Positions 9,464 through 18,300 are shown, numbered from the stretch's first letter. The stretch: DNA of 64,000 bases from Patescibacteria group bacterium (GCA_040879165.1 JBBDKV010000017.1:23739-87738); one strand, 5' to 3'. The notes: generated from the sequence alone by a model not told the origin. Numbers and translations are program-made.

Positions 9464-10621
9464 ATGAAACAAAGTTTTTTCCATCAAGATTTTTTGAAAC
9501 ACGTTGATCTCAATCTTTTCAACCAGTATTTACTTTCCAAGAATCTAACTGAAATAAGTACTCCAGATAGTAAGGCTGACAAAGCTCAAGCAATGTCTGA
9601 CTATTTAGTCAGTTTGACCGATGCGGACGGCGATATTGTGGTCAATGATCTTATGGTAGTGAGAGATTTGTCATCAGACGGCGGTGTGATTGCCATTATG
9701 GAGCTATCGGAGGAAGCTACTTTCAAGCAAGCCCTCTCGGAGCTGACAAGTAACATCAATCGGGTGCTATATTGCTTACTATACAAACCAGATTTGATTG
9801 AACCAGCTCTCAAGTTGAAGCAAATCACAGCGACTGAAAACTTCCACGTTCGCAGGGTGACAAAAAGCGTTGAGGCTGACCAAGTATTAGCCAAGCTCCC
9901 TGAGTTCAAACTTGAGTTGACTGCTTTCTTGCAGAAAGAGGAAGCAAAAGGAGCGAACTGCCAGATAGATAGCTATCAATTCAAAGATAGAGTTTGCTTT
10001 TTTGCCTATCCAGAAGATCATCCCAAATCATTGAATCTTTATCAGAACGGGAAGCTCAATCCTACAGTAGTGCATCCTAGCTTTGAGTTGGTTTTTGTCT
10101 ACTATCCAGAAATGAAACAGCTAGAAATAGCAACCCGAATGAGAAGCAAAAAATTACAAACTCTGTTCAACCTTTTCAATCGTGCTGTGCTAGACGACTC
10201 TCAGCCAGTACCAAACAACCAAGACACACTCAACCTCGATGTGTTGCTTACTGATGGATTTAGCTTCATTTTTGACCCGAGCTACCAAGTTGATTCTATA
10301 TGCGTAACTCAGATTCGCCTTGACTACAAGTACAACCGCAAGAAACGGTTTATCACCCATGTTGATGAGGGTAACGGCATGGAACAAATCTTAGAGGAGT
10401 TAAAATATCGCAATTTACGAGGTGATAGTCTACAACACTATGTGGTTGCCCAAGCTACCATCAAATTGCGTTTCAAACAGTTTGGACGAAGCAATCGGGT
10501 CACCACACTCTTGACCGCACCAGACAAAATAAAGCTCAATGAAACAAATCCTCACCAACTCGCCAAGAAGTGCCTACAGGACTGGAAAATCATCAATGAG
10601 CCACTCACAGACGCTGAATAA
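9464..10621 (+). CDS. Hypothetical protein (mobile element)
   Basis: 385-aa ORF divergent from the HTH gene; no recognised motif. Confidence 0.75.
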   Translation: MKQSFFHQDFLKHVDLNLFNQYLLSKNLTEISTPDSKADKAQAMSDYLVSLTDADGDIVVNDLMVVRDLSSDGGVIAIMELSEEATFKQALSELTSNINRVLYCLLYKPDLIEPALKLKQITATENFHVRRVTKSVEADQVLAKLPEFKLELTAFLQKEEAKGANCQIDSYQFKDRVCFFAYPEDHPKSLNLYQNGKLNPTVVHPSFELVFVYYPEMKQLEIATRMRSKKLQTLFNLFNRAVLDDSQPVPNNQDTLNLDVLLTDGFSFIFDPSYQVDSICVTQIRLDYKYNRKKRFITHVDEGNGMEQILEELKYRNLRGDSLQHYVVAQATIKLRFKQFGRSNRVTTLLTAPDKIKLNETNPHQLAKKCLQDWKIINEPLTDAE

Positions 10622-11675
10622 GCTACTAGATGCAGGTATCAACATCAAGGACTTTCAAATAAGTGCTAAAGATTTAGACCAACAATTTAGGCAGGTTGGT
10701 AACATCTTACTCAATCTTGGCTGGTTTACCCAAGATTATGCCACTGGTTATCAATGCTCGCAGTGCGGTGCTGTTCATGAGGTGGTGGCTTTCAATGGCA
10801 AGTATTTTATTGGCTGTGATGTGGACGGAGATTCTGGTTTAGAGACACTGAGCAAAGATGATCTATTGATCTATCGTTTTTCAGCCACGAAGTTCTTTGA
10901 ATGGTTGCAACAATCTTTCTCCTTGCAGGGTAATGTTGAATCCACTGACGATAGGGTATTACTTGGTCAGGGAACGGTAAACGGCAAGCAACGTCTGTTT
11001 ATATTCAGCCATGAAAACTCACCCGAAGCAAGAAAAGTACTCTGTCAGAAATACCTTATCAGTCAGCCTTTGATTCTCTACCTCAGCACCATTCACGATA
11101 ATCACAATCAGGGATATGACATCAACTTGGCTCATTATCTAGTAGTGCAAGAAATGGGTTTGAGCATCGATACAAACTCAGCTTTGAGTGCGATTGCAGA
11201 TTCCATACCGCCGTTTGCAGGTGAGGCTCAGACAAACTCAAGCATTTATGCCATTGAATTGAAGCTTGTGGGTGACAAAATTGTGCTAGTTGGCACAGCT
11301 CTTGGTGGTTCGTATCCAGCGTTCAAAGCCAAGAAGAAAAGAAGCACTGCCATGTCTAGATTGTTGAGAACCCTGCTCAATTTGCATGAGAACGATAAGG
11401 AAACTACCTCTGTAATTTACAAACAAAGCGTGCTTGAGGCGAACTACATTGACCCACGAAAAAACAAGCTAAATGACCTTGCAGAAATTGATCTCAGTCA
11501 AGACAAGCGACCACTGAGTGAACTCTGCTCACTCTTACTACCATACTTACTCGCACACCGACACCACAAAGACGACGGCTTAGTGGTCGAGTTCAAACCC
11601 GCTTTGTCGCAAGAGAGCTGGAACAGACTCCCAGACTCAGAAAAACAGAAGATTCTAGCTTCAAAGGCTAATTAG
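10596..11675 (+). CDS. Hypothetical protein with CxxC...H...C zinc-ribbon-like motif
   Basis: Long ORF overlapping the upstream stop; CSQCGAVH...GC. Start moved to ATG 10596. Confidence 0.7.
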   Translation: MSHSQTLNKLLDAGINIKDFQISAKDLDQQFRQVGNILLNLGWFTQDYATGYQCSQCGAVHEVVAFNGKYFIGCDVDGDSGLETLSKDDLLIYRFSATKFFEWLQQSFSLQGNVESTDDRVLLGQGTVNGKQRLFIFSHENSPEARKVLCQKYLISQPLILYLSTIHDNHNQGYDINLAHYLVVQEMGLSIDTNSALSAIADSIPPFAGEAQTNSSIYAIELKLVGDKIVLVGTALGGSYPAFKAKKKRSTAMSRLLRTLLNLHENDKETTSVIYKQSVLEANYIDPRKNKLNDLAEIDLSQDKRPLSELCSLLLPYLLAHRHHKDDGLVVEFKPALSQESWNRLPDSEKQKILASKAN

Positions 11676-11837
11676 CCAAACCTCGTCAATCCTCAGTTTG
11701 TGCAATTACTTGCATTTAGCAACGTCCATCAGTTGTGTTTTTTAGTACTTTCTGCGTTTGCGTGCATTTAGCGTTTTGGATCAAAAACCTAGGTGACAAT
11801 CCTCTTGCGAACATAAAAATTAGCAATGAGGATAAGC

Positions 11838-12086
11838 ATGAAAGACGCACACAATTACTTCACTACTTACGATCTGAACCTGTCAGCCGTATTGGTTTCA
11901 CAAAACTTCATTTTAGAAGAAATAGAAAAACCTGAAAGCGGGAAAGCTCTTTTTTACTTCAAAAAAAGCGATGCTCTGCTAGAGACTATTGATCGCTACT
12001 GGAAAAACCAGCTCCAAATCTCCCCTCAAACCTTATTTACCAGTTTGAAATCCATCAAGAACCGCCTGTACAGCGGTTGGAAGTAA
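11838..12086 (+). CDS. DUF5659-like small protein
   Basis: TYDLNLSAVL...FYF...YW...LKSIKNRLY pattern; GAGG RBS. Confidence 0.7.
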   Translation: MKDAHNYFTTYDLNLSAVLVSQNFILEEIEKPESGKALFYFKKSDALLETIDRYWKNQLQISPQTLFTSLKSIKNRLYSGWK

Positions 12087-12091
12087 AAGTC

Positions 12092-12286
12092 ATGTTGAGT
12101 CGTGCCTCAGTGACAAAGTTCCAGCAAATCTACTTCCAAGAGTACGGCATCAATCTAGATGAGCAGACTGCCTACGAGCTGGCGAATAACCTCGCAAACC
12201 TGTACCGCAGTGTCTACCTGCCAGACACAAAAAATATAAGTCAAAAATATGAAACGAACACATCAACTCAGACGAATCAAAACTAA
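12092..12286 (+). CDS. Small hypothetical protein
   Basis: MLSRASVTKFQQIYFQEYGINL; tightly packed in the operon. Confidence 0.65.
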   Translation: MLSRASVTKFQQIYFQEYGINLDEQTAYELANNLANLYRSVYLPDTKNISQKYETNTSTQTNQN

Positions 12287-12668
12287 GAAGTCTTACTCAT
12301 CTATGGAGTTGGCTAACTTGCTTGGTGTTCATGTTCAAACAGTACGATCATGGGCAAGTAATGGTTTAGAACCCCTCAGCCCAAACGCTCACAGACCTTT
12401 GTTTTTAGGTCAGACAGTGAAGTCCTATCTTTCCAAACTGCAAGACGCTCGCAAAGTGAAGCTCCAAGTGGGTGAGTTCTACTGCCTACGGTGTCGAGTC
12501 GCCATCACGCCAGAGTTAGTGATTGAGGTTGATCGTCATGTCACCATCGGCAAGCACAAAGACTCGATTTTACTTACCGCCCACTGTCCACAGTGCAACT
12601 GCCCCGTCAATAAGTTTTCTAGCCGAATATCAACCAACCAGAAAGGAAAATATGCTCCTGACGCATAA
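12249..12668 (+). CDS. HTH DNA-binding protein with C-terminal zinc finger
   Basis: YSSMELANLLGVHVQTVRSW HTH; CLRC and CPQC. Confidence 0.8.
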   Translation: MKRTHQLRRIKTKKSYSSMELANLLGVHVQTVRSWASNGLEPLSPNAHRPLFLGQTVKSYLSKLQDARKVKLQVGEFYCLRCRVAITPELVIEVDRHVTIGKHKDSILLTAHCPQCNCPVNKFSSRISTNQKGKYAPDA

Positions 12669-12996
12669 ACGGTACGAAGTCCCTGGCGACTGGTATCAAC
12701 CCAAACAGCAACTCCTCACCAAGCCGAGTGTGATGTTGGCTGAGTACTACGAAACATCATCAAGCTCTGGTGATTGGAGTGGGTACTTCTTGCAGAAAAT
12801 CGGTCAAGCCTATCACCTGATTTTATTCACTCAGGAAAACCTTTATCCAGAGGATGGCTTTGAGTTGATGACAGGTGTGGTAATCCACACATTCAAATCC
12901 GAGCCAAACAAACCCGATGTTGCAAAGGTCATTATCTCAGTACTTGAACACTCTCGTAATCACTCACTTAGTAATAACGCAGAAATGAAAGGATAA
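12652..12996 (+). CDS. Hypothetical protein
   Basis: ATG 12652 preceded by AAGGAA; overlaps the previous gene end. Confidence 0.6.
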   Translation: MLLTHKRYEVPGDWYQPKQQLLTKPSVMLAEYYETSSSSGDWSGYFLQKIGQAYHLILFTQENLYPEDGFELMTGVVIHTFKSEPNKPDVAKVIISVLEHSRNHSLSNNAEMKG

Positions 12997-12998
12997 CT

Positions 12999-13139
12999 AT
13001 GTTGAATCACGCTCAATTATCGTTTTTAGCAGTAATACTCTGGGTTGGAATAACCTATCTGGCAACTGCCAAGAAAGAGTTTCCCTGGCATCTAGTAATT
13101 TTGGCAGTAATTATCACACTCGAATTACTCTCGAAATAG
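12999..13139 (+). CDS. Small two-helix membrane protein (46 aa), below the ORF-track cutoff
   Basis: AAAGGA RBS; MLNHAQLSFLAVILWVGITYLATAKKEFPWHLVILAVIITLELLSK; fills the gap before the integrase. Confidence 0.55.
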   Translation: MLNHAQLSFLAVILWVGITYLATAKKEFPWHLVILAVIITLELLSK

Positions 13140-13148
13140 AAAGGCATT

Positions 13149-14264
13149 ATGTCAAAAACCAAAGACAAAAACGAACGCATCAAACGCAAGTATCTCAACT
13201 GGCTACAAGAGGCTGAGGGATTTTCAGAGAAGTCGATCACGGCGGTAGAAAAAGCTCTGTGGAAATATGAAGATTTTATCAAGGATTCAGACTACAGCAC
13301 GTTCAATCATAAGCAGGCTGAACAATTCAAGAAATATCTGACAACCAACAAAAATAAGGTCAGTAACAAAATCCTCTCACTGAGATCGCAATATCACATC
13401 CTCAGGCACGTTCGCAACTTCTTGACTTGGTTATCTGGACAGCTTGGCTATAAGTCCCGTATCTCAACCTACGATGTCCAGTACTTGCAACTGAGCAAAA
13501 AAGATCGGCGGGTTGCGACCTCTGCCTCACTTCCAAAGTATCCCACCCTTGAGCAGATCAAACAGCTTTGTAGCTTTTCAGTTCAAACTGAGCTTGACCA
13601 GCGAGATCGAGCGTTGATAGCCTTTACTGCTCTAACAGGCATGAGAGATCAAGCGATTGTTACCTTGCCACTTGGTTGTTTTGACCAAGAGAAAATGCTC
13701 GTGCAACAGCTCCCAAGCAAAGGTGTTCAAACCAAGTTCAGCAAGGACATTTATACTACTCTTTTTCAGGTAGATGAAACGCTGGCTGGCTACTTTTTGA
13801 AGTGGTACGCTTATTTGAAAACGGAGAAGCATTTTGGGCTGGAAGATCCGATATTTCCGAGTACAGAGGTAGGTTTTGTTAGTAAAAATCACCATGCCTT
13901 TACCCCTATTGGTATTAGTAAAGAGTTCTGGGCAGATACCAATCCGATGCGAAAGATTTTTCAGGAGCGAAGCAAGCAAGCGAACGTGCCTTACTACACC
14001 CCCCATAAGTTCAGGCACTTCATCATCAATGAGGCTCAGAAACACATCACGAGCATTGAACAGCTCAAGGCTCTCAGTCAGAACCTGGGTCATGAAAACA
14101 TAAGCACCACTTTTCATGGCTACGGAGCAATTGATACTTATCGAGTCAATGAGTTGGTCAGTTCTATTGATTTTTCAGGACTTCCCAAGAACCAAGCAGA
14201 AGAAGCTCAACTTGAAAGAATCGCTGATCTTGTCGCTAAAAAATTAGGAAGAAATGAGCTATAA
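13149..14264 (+). CDS. Tyrosine recombinase/integrase
   Basis: RDRALIAF..LTGMR, HKFRH, QNLGH, catalytic Y in HGYG. Confidence 0.93.
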   Translation: MSKTKDKNERIKRKYLNWLQEAEGFSEKSITAVEKALWKYEDFIKDSDYSTFNHKQAEQFKKYLTTNKNKVSNKILSLRSQYHILRHVRNFLTWLSGQLGYKSRISTYDVQYLQLSKKDRRVATSASLPKYPTLEQIKQLCSFSVQTELDQRDRALIAFTALTGMRDQAIVTLPLGCFDQEKMLVQQLPSKGVQTKFSKDIYTTLFQVDETLAGYFLKWYAYLKTEKHFGLEDPIFPSTEVGFVSKNHHAFTPIGISKEFWADTNPMRKIFQERSKQANVPYYTPHKFRHFIINEAQKHITSIEQLKALSQNLGHENISTTFHGYGAIDTYRVNELVSSIDFSGLPKNQAEEAQLERIADLVAKKLGRNEL

Positions 14265-14357
14265 TGTTAGTGTTGACCCAAGTTATAGTGGTGCATGAAA
14301 AAAGGCAGTTCTGCCAACGTATGCACTATGTTGGGTCAACCAGGACTGTCTTTTTAT
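14260..14357 (+). promoter_or_regulatory. -10 box plus structured 5' leader of the serine recombinase gene
   Basis: TATAAT 14260-14265; stem GTTGACCCAA/TTGGGTCAAC (14272-14281/14331-14340); loop segment 14299-14313 is complementary to 14341-14355. Confidence 0.6.
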
Positions 14358-16040
14358 ATGAGAATAAGAAAAACACTTACTAGCCTCAAGCCAAGAAAAT
14401 CTGGTCACCCCAAGCAGAATCGGTACATTCTATATGCCCGTAAGTCTACTACCTCAGAAGACCGTCAAGTTGCTTCGATTGAGTCCCAGATCGAAGTGAT
14501 GAAAGAGGTAGCTCGTGAGCATGATTTGGAAGTTTCAGAGGTATTGAGTGAAGCAGGTTCAGGCTTCAAGATAGGTAGACAAGCGTTCAATGCCATGATC
14601 GAAAAGATCGAAAGCGGTGAAGCTGATGGCATCATTGTCTGGAAGCTCTCACGCTTATCTCGTAACCCTGATGATGCGGGCAAAATCATGGGCTTACTGC
14701 AACGAGGTGAAATCAAGCACATTCGCACCGCAGACCGCAACTGGTATCCAGAAGACAACGTGATGATGATGTATGTTGAGTTTGGTATGACCAACCAGTT
14801 TAGTCGTGATCTGAGTTCAGACACTCGCCGAGGATTAGTCAAAAAAGCTGAGCGTGGTTGGTTGCCGAACGCCATTCTCCCACTTGGCTATATGCACAGC
14901 CCATACAAAAAGTTAGGTGATGAAGAAATTATCATTGATAAAAGCCGTTTTGACTTGATTCAAGAGGGTTTGAAGCTGGTAGCTTCTGGACAGAAAACAC
15001 CTGTTGAAGCTCATGGCTATTTAGTTACTCAAGGTGTTGTGGGAAAAAGAAGTGAAGCATTACCTAAAAGCACTTGGTACAAGATGTTAGTTGAACCACT
15101 ATACGCAGGGACTTTTGAGTATCCAATAGGTAGTGGTCAGTTTTATGACTCCAAAGCACCCAGAGCCATAGAACCGACTGAGTACGATGCCATTCAAGTT
15201 GTTTTAGGTAGAAAAGATAAGCCTCGACCCAAGACTCACTTTTTGCCTTACACGGGTTTGATGAAGTGCGGTGAGTGTGGTTGCTCCATTACTGCTGAAA
15301 AGAAGCGGAAAGTGCAGAAAAATGGTAACGTGCATCACTATATCTACTATCACTGTACCAAGAAAAAAGGCGAGTGTGGTCAGCCGTGTACGCCTGTTGA
15401 TACACTTGAGAAGCAATATAAGTCCATTTTGAAACGTATCAAAATCCCCTTAGCCTTTCACGAATGGGCTATTGATGAGATCAAATATGACCAAGAAAAA
15501 GTCATCAGGGATCGTGACACCAGCCTACAACGAACTCGAACAAACTACGATGACTGCCTGAGTGAGATTGATAACTTGGTAAAGAAATACCTTGAGGGGA
15601 AAGTGCCAGAAGACTACTATGATCGCAACCTTGCCAAGCTCAATAAAAACAAAAAGACATTGGCGAAAATCTTGGAGGGTATAGACAAAGGTGTCGATGA
15701 AAACTTGGAAAAAATCGATAAAGACCTAGATTTTGCCGTAACAGCCAGAAGACGCTTCAACCAAGGCAACGACTCCAAACGTCGAGAGATCATTTCCTAT
15801 TTAGGCTCGAACCTCATCCTCAAAGACCATTCACTCGGCATTGAGCTGAGAAAACCGCTGGAATTGGTGGCAGAAATTGCAGAAGAAGTCAATGCTGTTG
15901 CAGAAAAGTTCGAACCTCTAGAAAATGCTGATAATTCGGCACAATTTAAGTTGTATTTGTCTGAAAATCCTGCAATGGGTGGTATACCGGACTTGAACCG
16001 GCGACCTCCGCTGCCACAGAGCGGCGCTCTAACCAACTGA
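14358..16040 (+). CDS. Large serine recombinase (resolvase + recombinase + zinc ribbon + coiled coil)
   Basis: YARKS catalytic motif, VWKLSRLSRN, PLGY, CGECG...YYHC...C. The last 21 codons are antisense to tRNA-His. Start could also be 14295. Confidence 0.93.
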   Translation: MRIRKTLTSLKPRKSGHPKQNRYILYARKSTTSEDRQVASIESQIEVMKEVAREHDLEVSEVLSEAGSGFKIGRQAFNAMIEKIESGEADGIIVWKLSRLSRNPDDAGKIMGLLQRGEIKHIRTADRNWYPEDNVMMMYVEFGMTNQFSRDLSSDTRRGLVKKAERGWLPNAILPLGYMHSPYKKLGDEEIIIDKSRFDLIQEGLKLVASGQKTPVEAHGYLVTQGVVGKRSEALPKSTWYKMLVEPLYAGTFEYPIGSGQFYDSKAPRAIEPTEYDAIQVVLGRKDKPRPKTHFLPYTGLMKCGECGCSITAEKKRKVQKNGNVHHYIYYHCTKKKGECGQPCTPVDTLEKQYKSILKRIKIPLAFHEWAIDEIKYDQEKVIRDRDTSLQRTRTNYDDCLSEIDNLVKKYLEGKVPEDYYDRNLAKLNKNKKTLAKILEGIDKGVDENLEKIDKDLDFAVTARRRFNQGNDSKRREIISYLGSNLILKDHSLGIELRKPLELVAEIAEEVNAVAEKFEPLENADNSAQFKLYLSENPAMGGIPDLNRRPPLPQSGALTN

Positions 16041-16052
16041 GCTAATACCACC
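15978..16052 (-). tRNA. tRNA-His(GUG)
   Basis: Cloverleaf GGTGGTATTAGCTCAGTTGGTTAGAGCGCCGCTCTGTGGCAGCGGAGGTCGCCGGTTCAAGTCCGGTATACCACC with G-1:C73. Confidence 0.95.
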
Positions 16053-16200
16053 ATTAGTGAATTACGTCTCACAATATATTCAAGAAGTGTTTATTATACT
16101 AGATTGGTTCCCAGATGTATATAAAATTTTTCTGTTACACGATCATTTTGAAAGCCACTAATTTCCAAGCATGCCACACAATTCTCATCCTTCGAAAGTC

Positions 16201-16953
16201 TTAGTAACCTGAAACTACACAAACACCACTGTTTAATGCTTCATCAAGTGGATTACTCACAACTTTGCCATCAATGGTATAGGTCGTATCCTGTTCTCCA
16301 CTGAAGAGATCTGCGCTCATGCTTGTTCCAACAGATTCTGCCATGGCTCCATCTCTATAAAACTGCGCTACAGTCACTCGCTCATTTTCAGAATACCGGC
16401 ATTCCATTTTGCCATTATTTGGCATTTGCTCAACATACAAGCACTTTCCGTCAACAATTCCAAAAATCTCTTTTTCCAACATATCACCTGTGAGTGGGTG
16501 TTCAAATGTAGTTTTGTAATCAGTGCAAGAATCTAGTTTATCAGCAAAAACCATTTGAGCGTCTTGTGCTTCGCTTAGAGCAACAGGTTCCTCTTGTTGT
16601 GCAGCTGTTCCAGTAGCCGTTTCGATCTCATTTTCACCAGATAGCTCAACTTCATTTGACAGTGCTGGTGTTTCTTCTGATTTGAATAAAGTTTGGCTGG
16701 CCAGATATGCTCCACCACCTACTAGTGCCACACCTACTAAAATTGCTGCAATAATTTTCCAAGTATTGCTTGAAGCAACAGCCGGACCTGCTGAAGACAA
16801 TTCTGGCACATCCTGCGTAGTAAGACTACTAAGTGCCTCCTCGGCATCTTGGTCTTGCCAACCATTGGCTACCAGCGATGATTTAATTTGCTCTCGACTC
16901 AAACCCTGTTGACTTTGTTCTTTAATGTATTCAAGTACTTGTTGATTCACCAT
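16201..16953 (-). CDS. Single-pass membrane protein with Cys-containing extracellular domain
   Basis: Short N-terminal helical domain, TM IIAAILVGVALVGGGAYL, four Cys in the C-terminal part. Confidence 0.75.
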   Translation of the reverse strand: MVNQQVLEYIKEQSQQGLSREQIKSSLVANGWQDQDAEEALSSLTTQDVPELSSAGPAVASSNTWKIIAAILVGVALVGGGAYLASQTLFKSEETPALSNEVELSGENEIETATGTAAQQEEPVALSEAQDAQMVFADKLDSCTDYKTTFEHPLTGDMLEKEIFGIVDGKCLYVEQMPNNGKMECRYSENERVTVAQFYRDGAMAESVGTSMSADLFSGEQDTTYTIDGKVVSNPLDEALNSGVCVVSGY

Positions 16954-16983
16954 ACGCTTTCAGTATAGTAAGTTTTTGAAATC

Positions 16984-17051
16984 TACACCAGACTCGAAAC
17001 GGCAACCTTCCTGCTTAGCGGAACGCTCTAACCAACAGAGCTACTACCACC
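16984..17051 (-). pseudogene. Degenerate copy of tRNA-His
   Basis: Aligns with 15983-16052 (CGCTCTAACCAACaGAGCTAcTACCACC); anticodon arm replaced by TTCCTGCTTAGCGGAA. Confidence 0.75.
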
Positions 17052-17143
17052 AAGAATCCGTATTATACTAGAAATTTAGCGATTTTTATACCGAAACGTC
17101 CTAGTTTGTGCCTATTTTGAATAAAAATTGATATAATACCGCC

Positions 17144-18184
17144 ATGAATACTGACAACTCAACAAACGCACTAAAGAAACAGACGGCAAGTGGCACTGAG
17201 GCTCCGCTTGAAACACCACTTCGTGACGGTGCTCCAGAACAGCCAAACAAGCTTGAGACCGACATGATCGGAGTAATTGAGATCCAGTGGCAATTGGCTG
17301 AAGATATTCGACAACTGGCAATTGATTTGGGCGTGACAGATGCTGATGAGAGTCAGTTTTTCGAAGTGCCGCCAGATATTCGCCAGGCTGTTGAATTGCA
17401 GAGTGAGTTTGCAGAAAAACAGGAAGAGCTAAAAAACGCCACGTTAGAGTCAGATAGAATTCATATCCAAGAACAATTGGTCAGGCTGTACGTCGAGTTC
17501 TCCTATAACACTATTCTGTTGCTCAAAAAGAATTTTAACGCTCGGTTACGTCAACTAACTGCTACACCAGATAGCTCAGTTGATGGAGAATTAGAACAAG
17601 AACTCAGCAAGACGGATGCACTCATTACACTGCTGCATGAGAGTGGCACGCTGCTTGCCAAGTTAGAAGTGTTCAAGTTTGATACGGAAAATATTTTCAG
17701 AAAAGTTGATCTAGCTAGCTTGGAAATTTCGCCAGATTCTCAAGAGGAGTCAAGCGCCGCAGACAAGACTGTACAATCTACTGAGATCAGACTTAAAGAA
17801 TTGCTGTATGAGCTAAATCAGGTTTTGTACGTTCAGCTTGGGAAAAATACGGCAGATTTGCCAGACTTTGATCAATTGCAGGCTCGAGTGCTGCCTGATC
17901 AAATTGAAAAGCTCACAGAGATTAAGCCAGAAGTCATTGCTGAATTATTAGAACATCTTAGTAGCTATAAAGAGCAGTTGCTCAAGGAAATATACGAAGC
18001 CAATCGCCCTACATCGTACGAGAGTCAAGACACTGAGCTGACTGACCAACAAAACGAGATTCAAGCAGAGGTTGCAGACACATTTGAGTTACATCAAGAA
18101 GGGGAAAATACTAACGACACCAACGACGATCAGCAACGTTCTTTTTCGTTTCCCAAAAGCAATCAGAGAAATCAAGCGGCTTAA
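17144..18184 (+). CDS. Acidic helical hypothetical protein
   Basis: 346-aa ORF; TATAAT 6 nt before the ATG. Confidence 0.75.
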   Translation: MNTDNSTNALKKQTASGTEAPLETPLRDGAPEQPNKLETDMIGVIEIQWQLAEDIRQLAIDLGVTDADESQFFEVPPDIRQAVELQSEFAEKQEELKNATLESDRIHIQEQLVRLYVEFSYNTILLLKKNFNARLRQLTATPDSSVDGELEQELSKTDALITLLHESGTLLAKLEVFKFDTENIFRKVDLASLEISPDSQEESSAADKTVQSTEIRLKELLYELNQVLYVQLGKNTADLPDFDQLQARVLPDQIEKLTEIKPEVIAELLEHLSSYKEQLLKEIYEANRPTSYESQDTELTDQQNEIQAEVADTFELHQEGENTNDTNDDQQRSFSFPKSNQRNQAA

Positions 18185-18224
18185 TTTTTCTTAAATCATC
18201 AGCGATACTCGTGTGTCAAGCATC

Positions 18225-18300
18225 TGGTGCGCCAAGCTGGACTCGAACCAGCGACCTACTGCTTAGAAGGCAGTTGCTCTATCCACTGAGCTATTGGCGC
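18225..18300 (-). tRNA. tRNA-Arg(UCU)
   Basis: GCGCCAATAGCTCAGTGGATAGAGCAACTGCCTTCTAAGCAGTAGGTCGCTGGTTCGAGTCCAGCTTGGCGCACCA. Confidence 0.96.

Larger units (their letters stand above)
7456..15980. mobile_element. Integrative element (about 8.5 kb) at the tRNA-His 3' end carrying an RM system, a tyrosine recombinase and a serine recombinase
   Basis: TGGGT core at 7456-7460 and 15976-15980 followed by shared TAC(C/G)GGA; the LSR gene abuts and enters the tRNA. Confidence 0.75.

Noticed and set aside
9208-16040. Prophage
   Set aside because: No terminase, capsid, tail or lysis genes are recognisable.
15797-16072. 91-aa minus-strand ORF, and similar ORFs 18211-18438 and 53564-53905
   Set aside because: They are translations across tRNA genes with no protein-like features.
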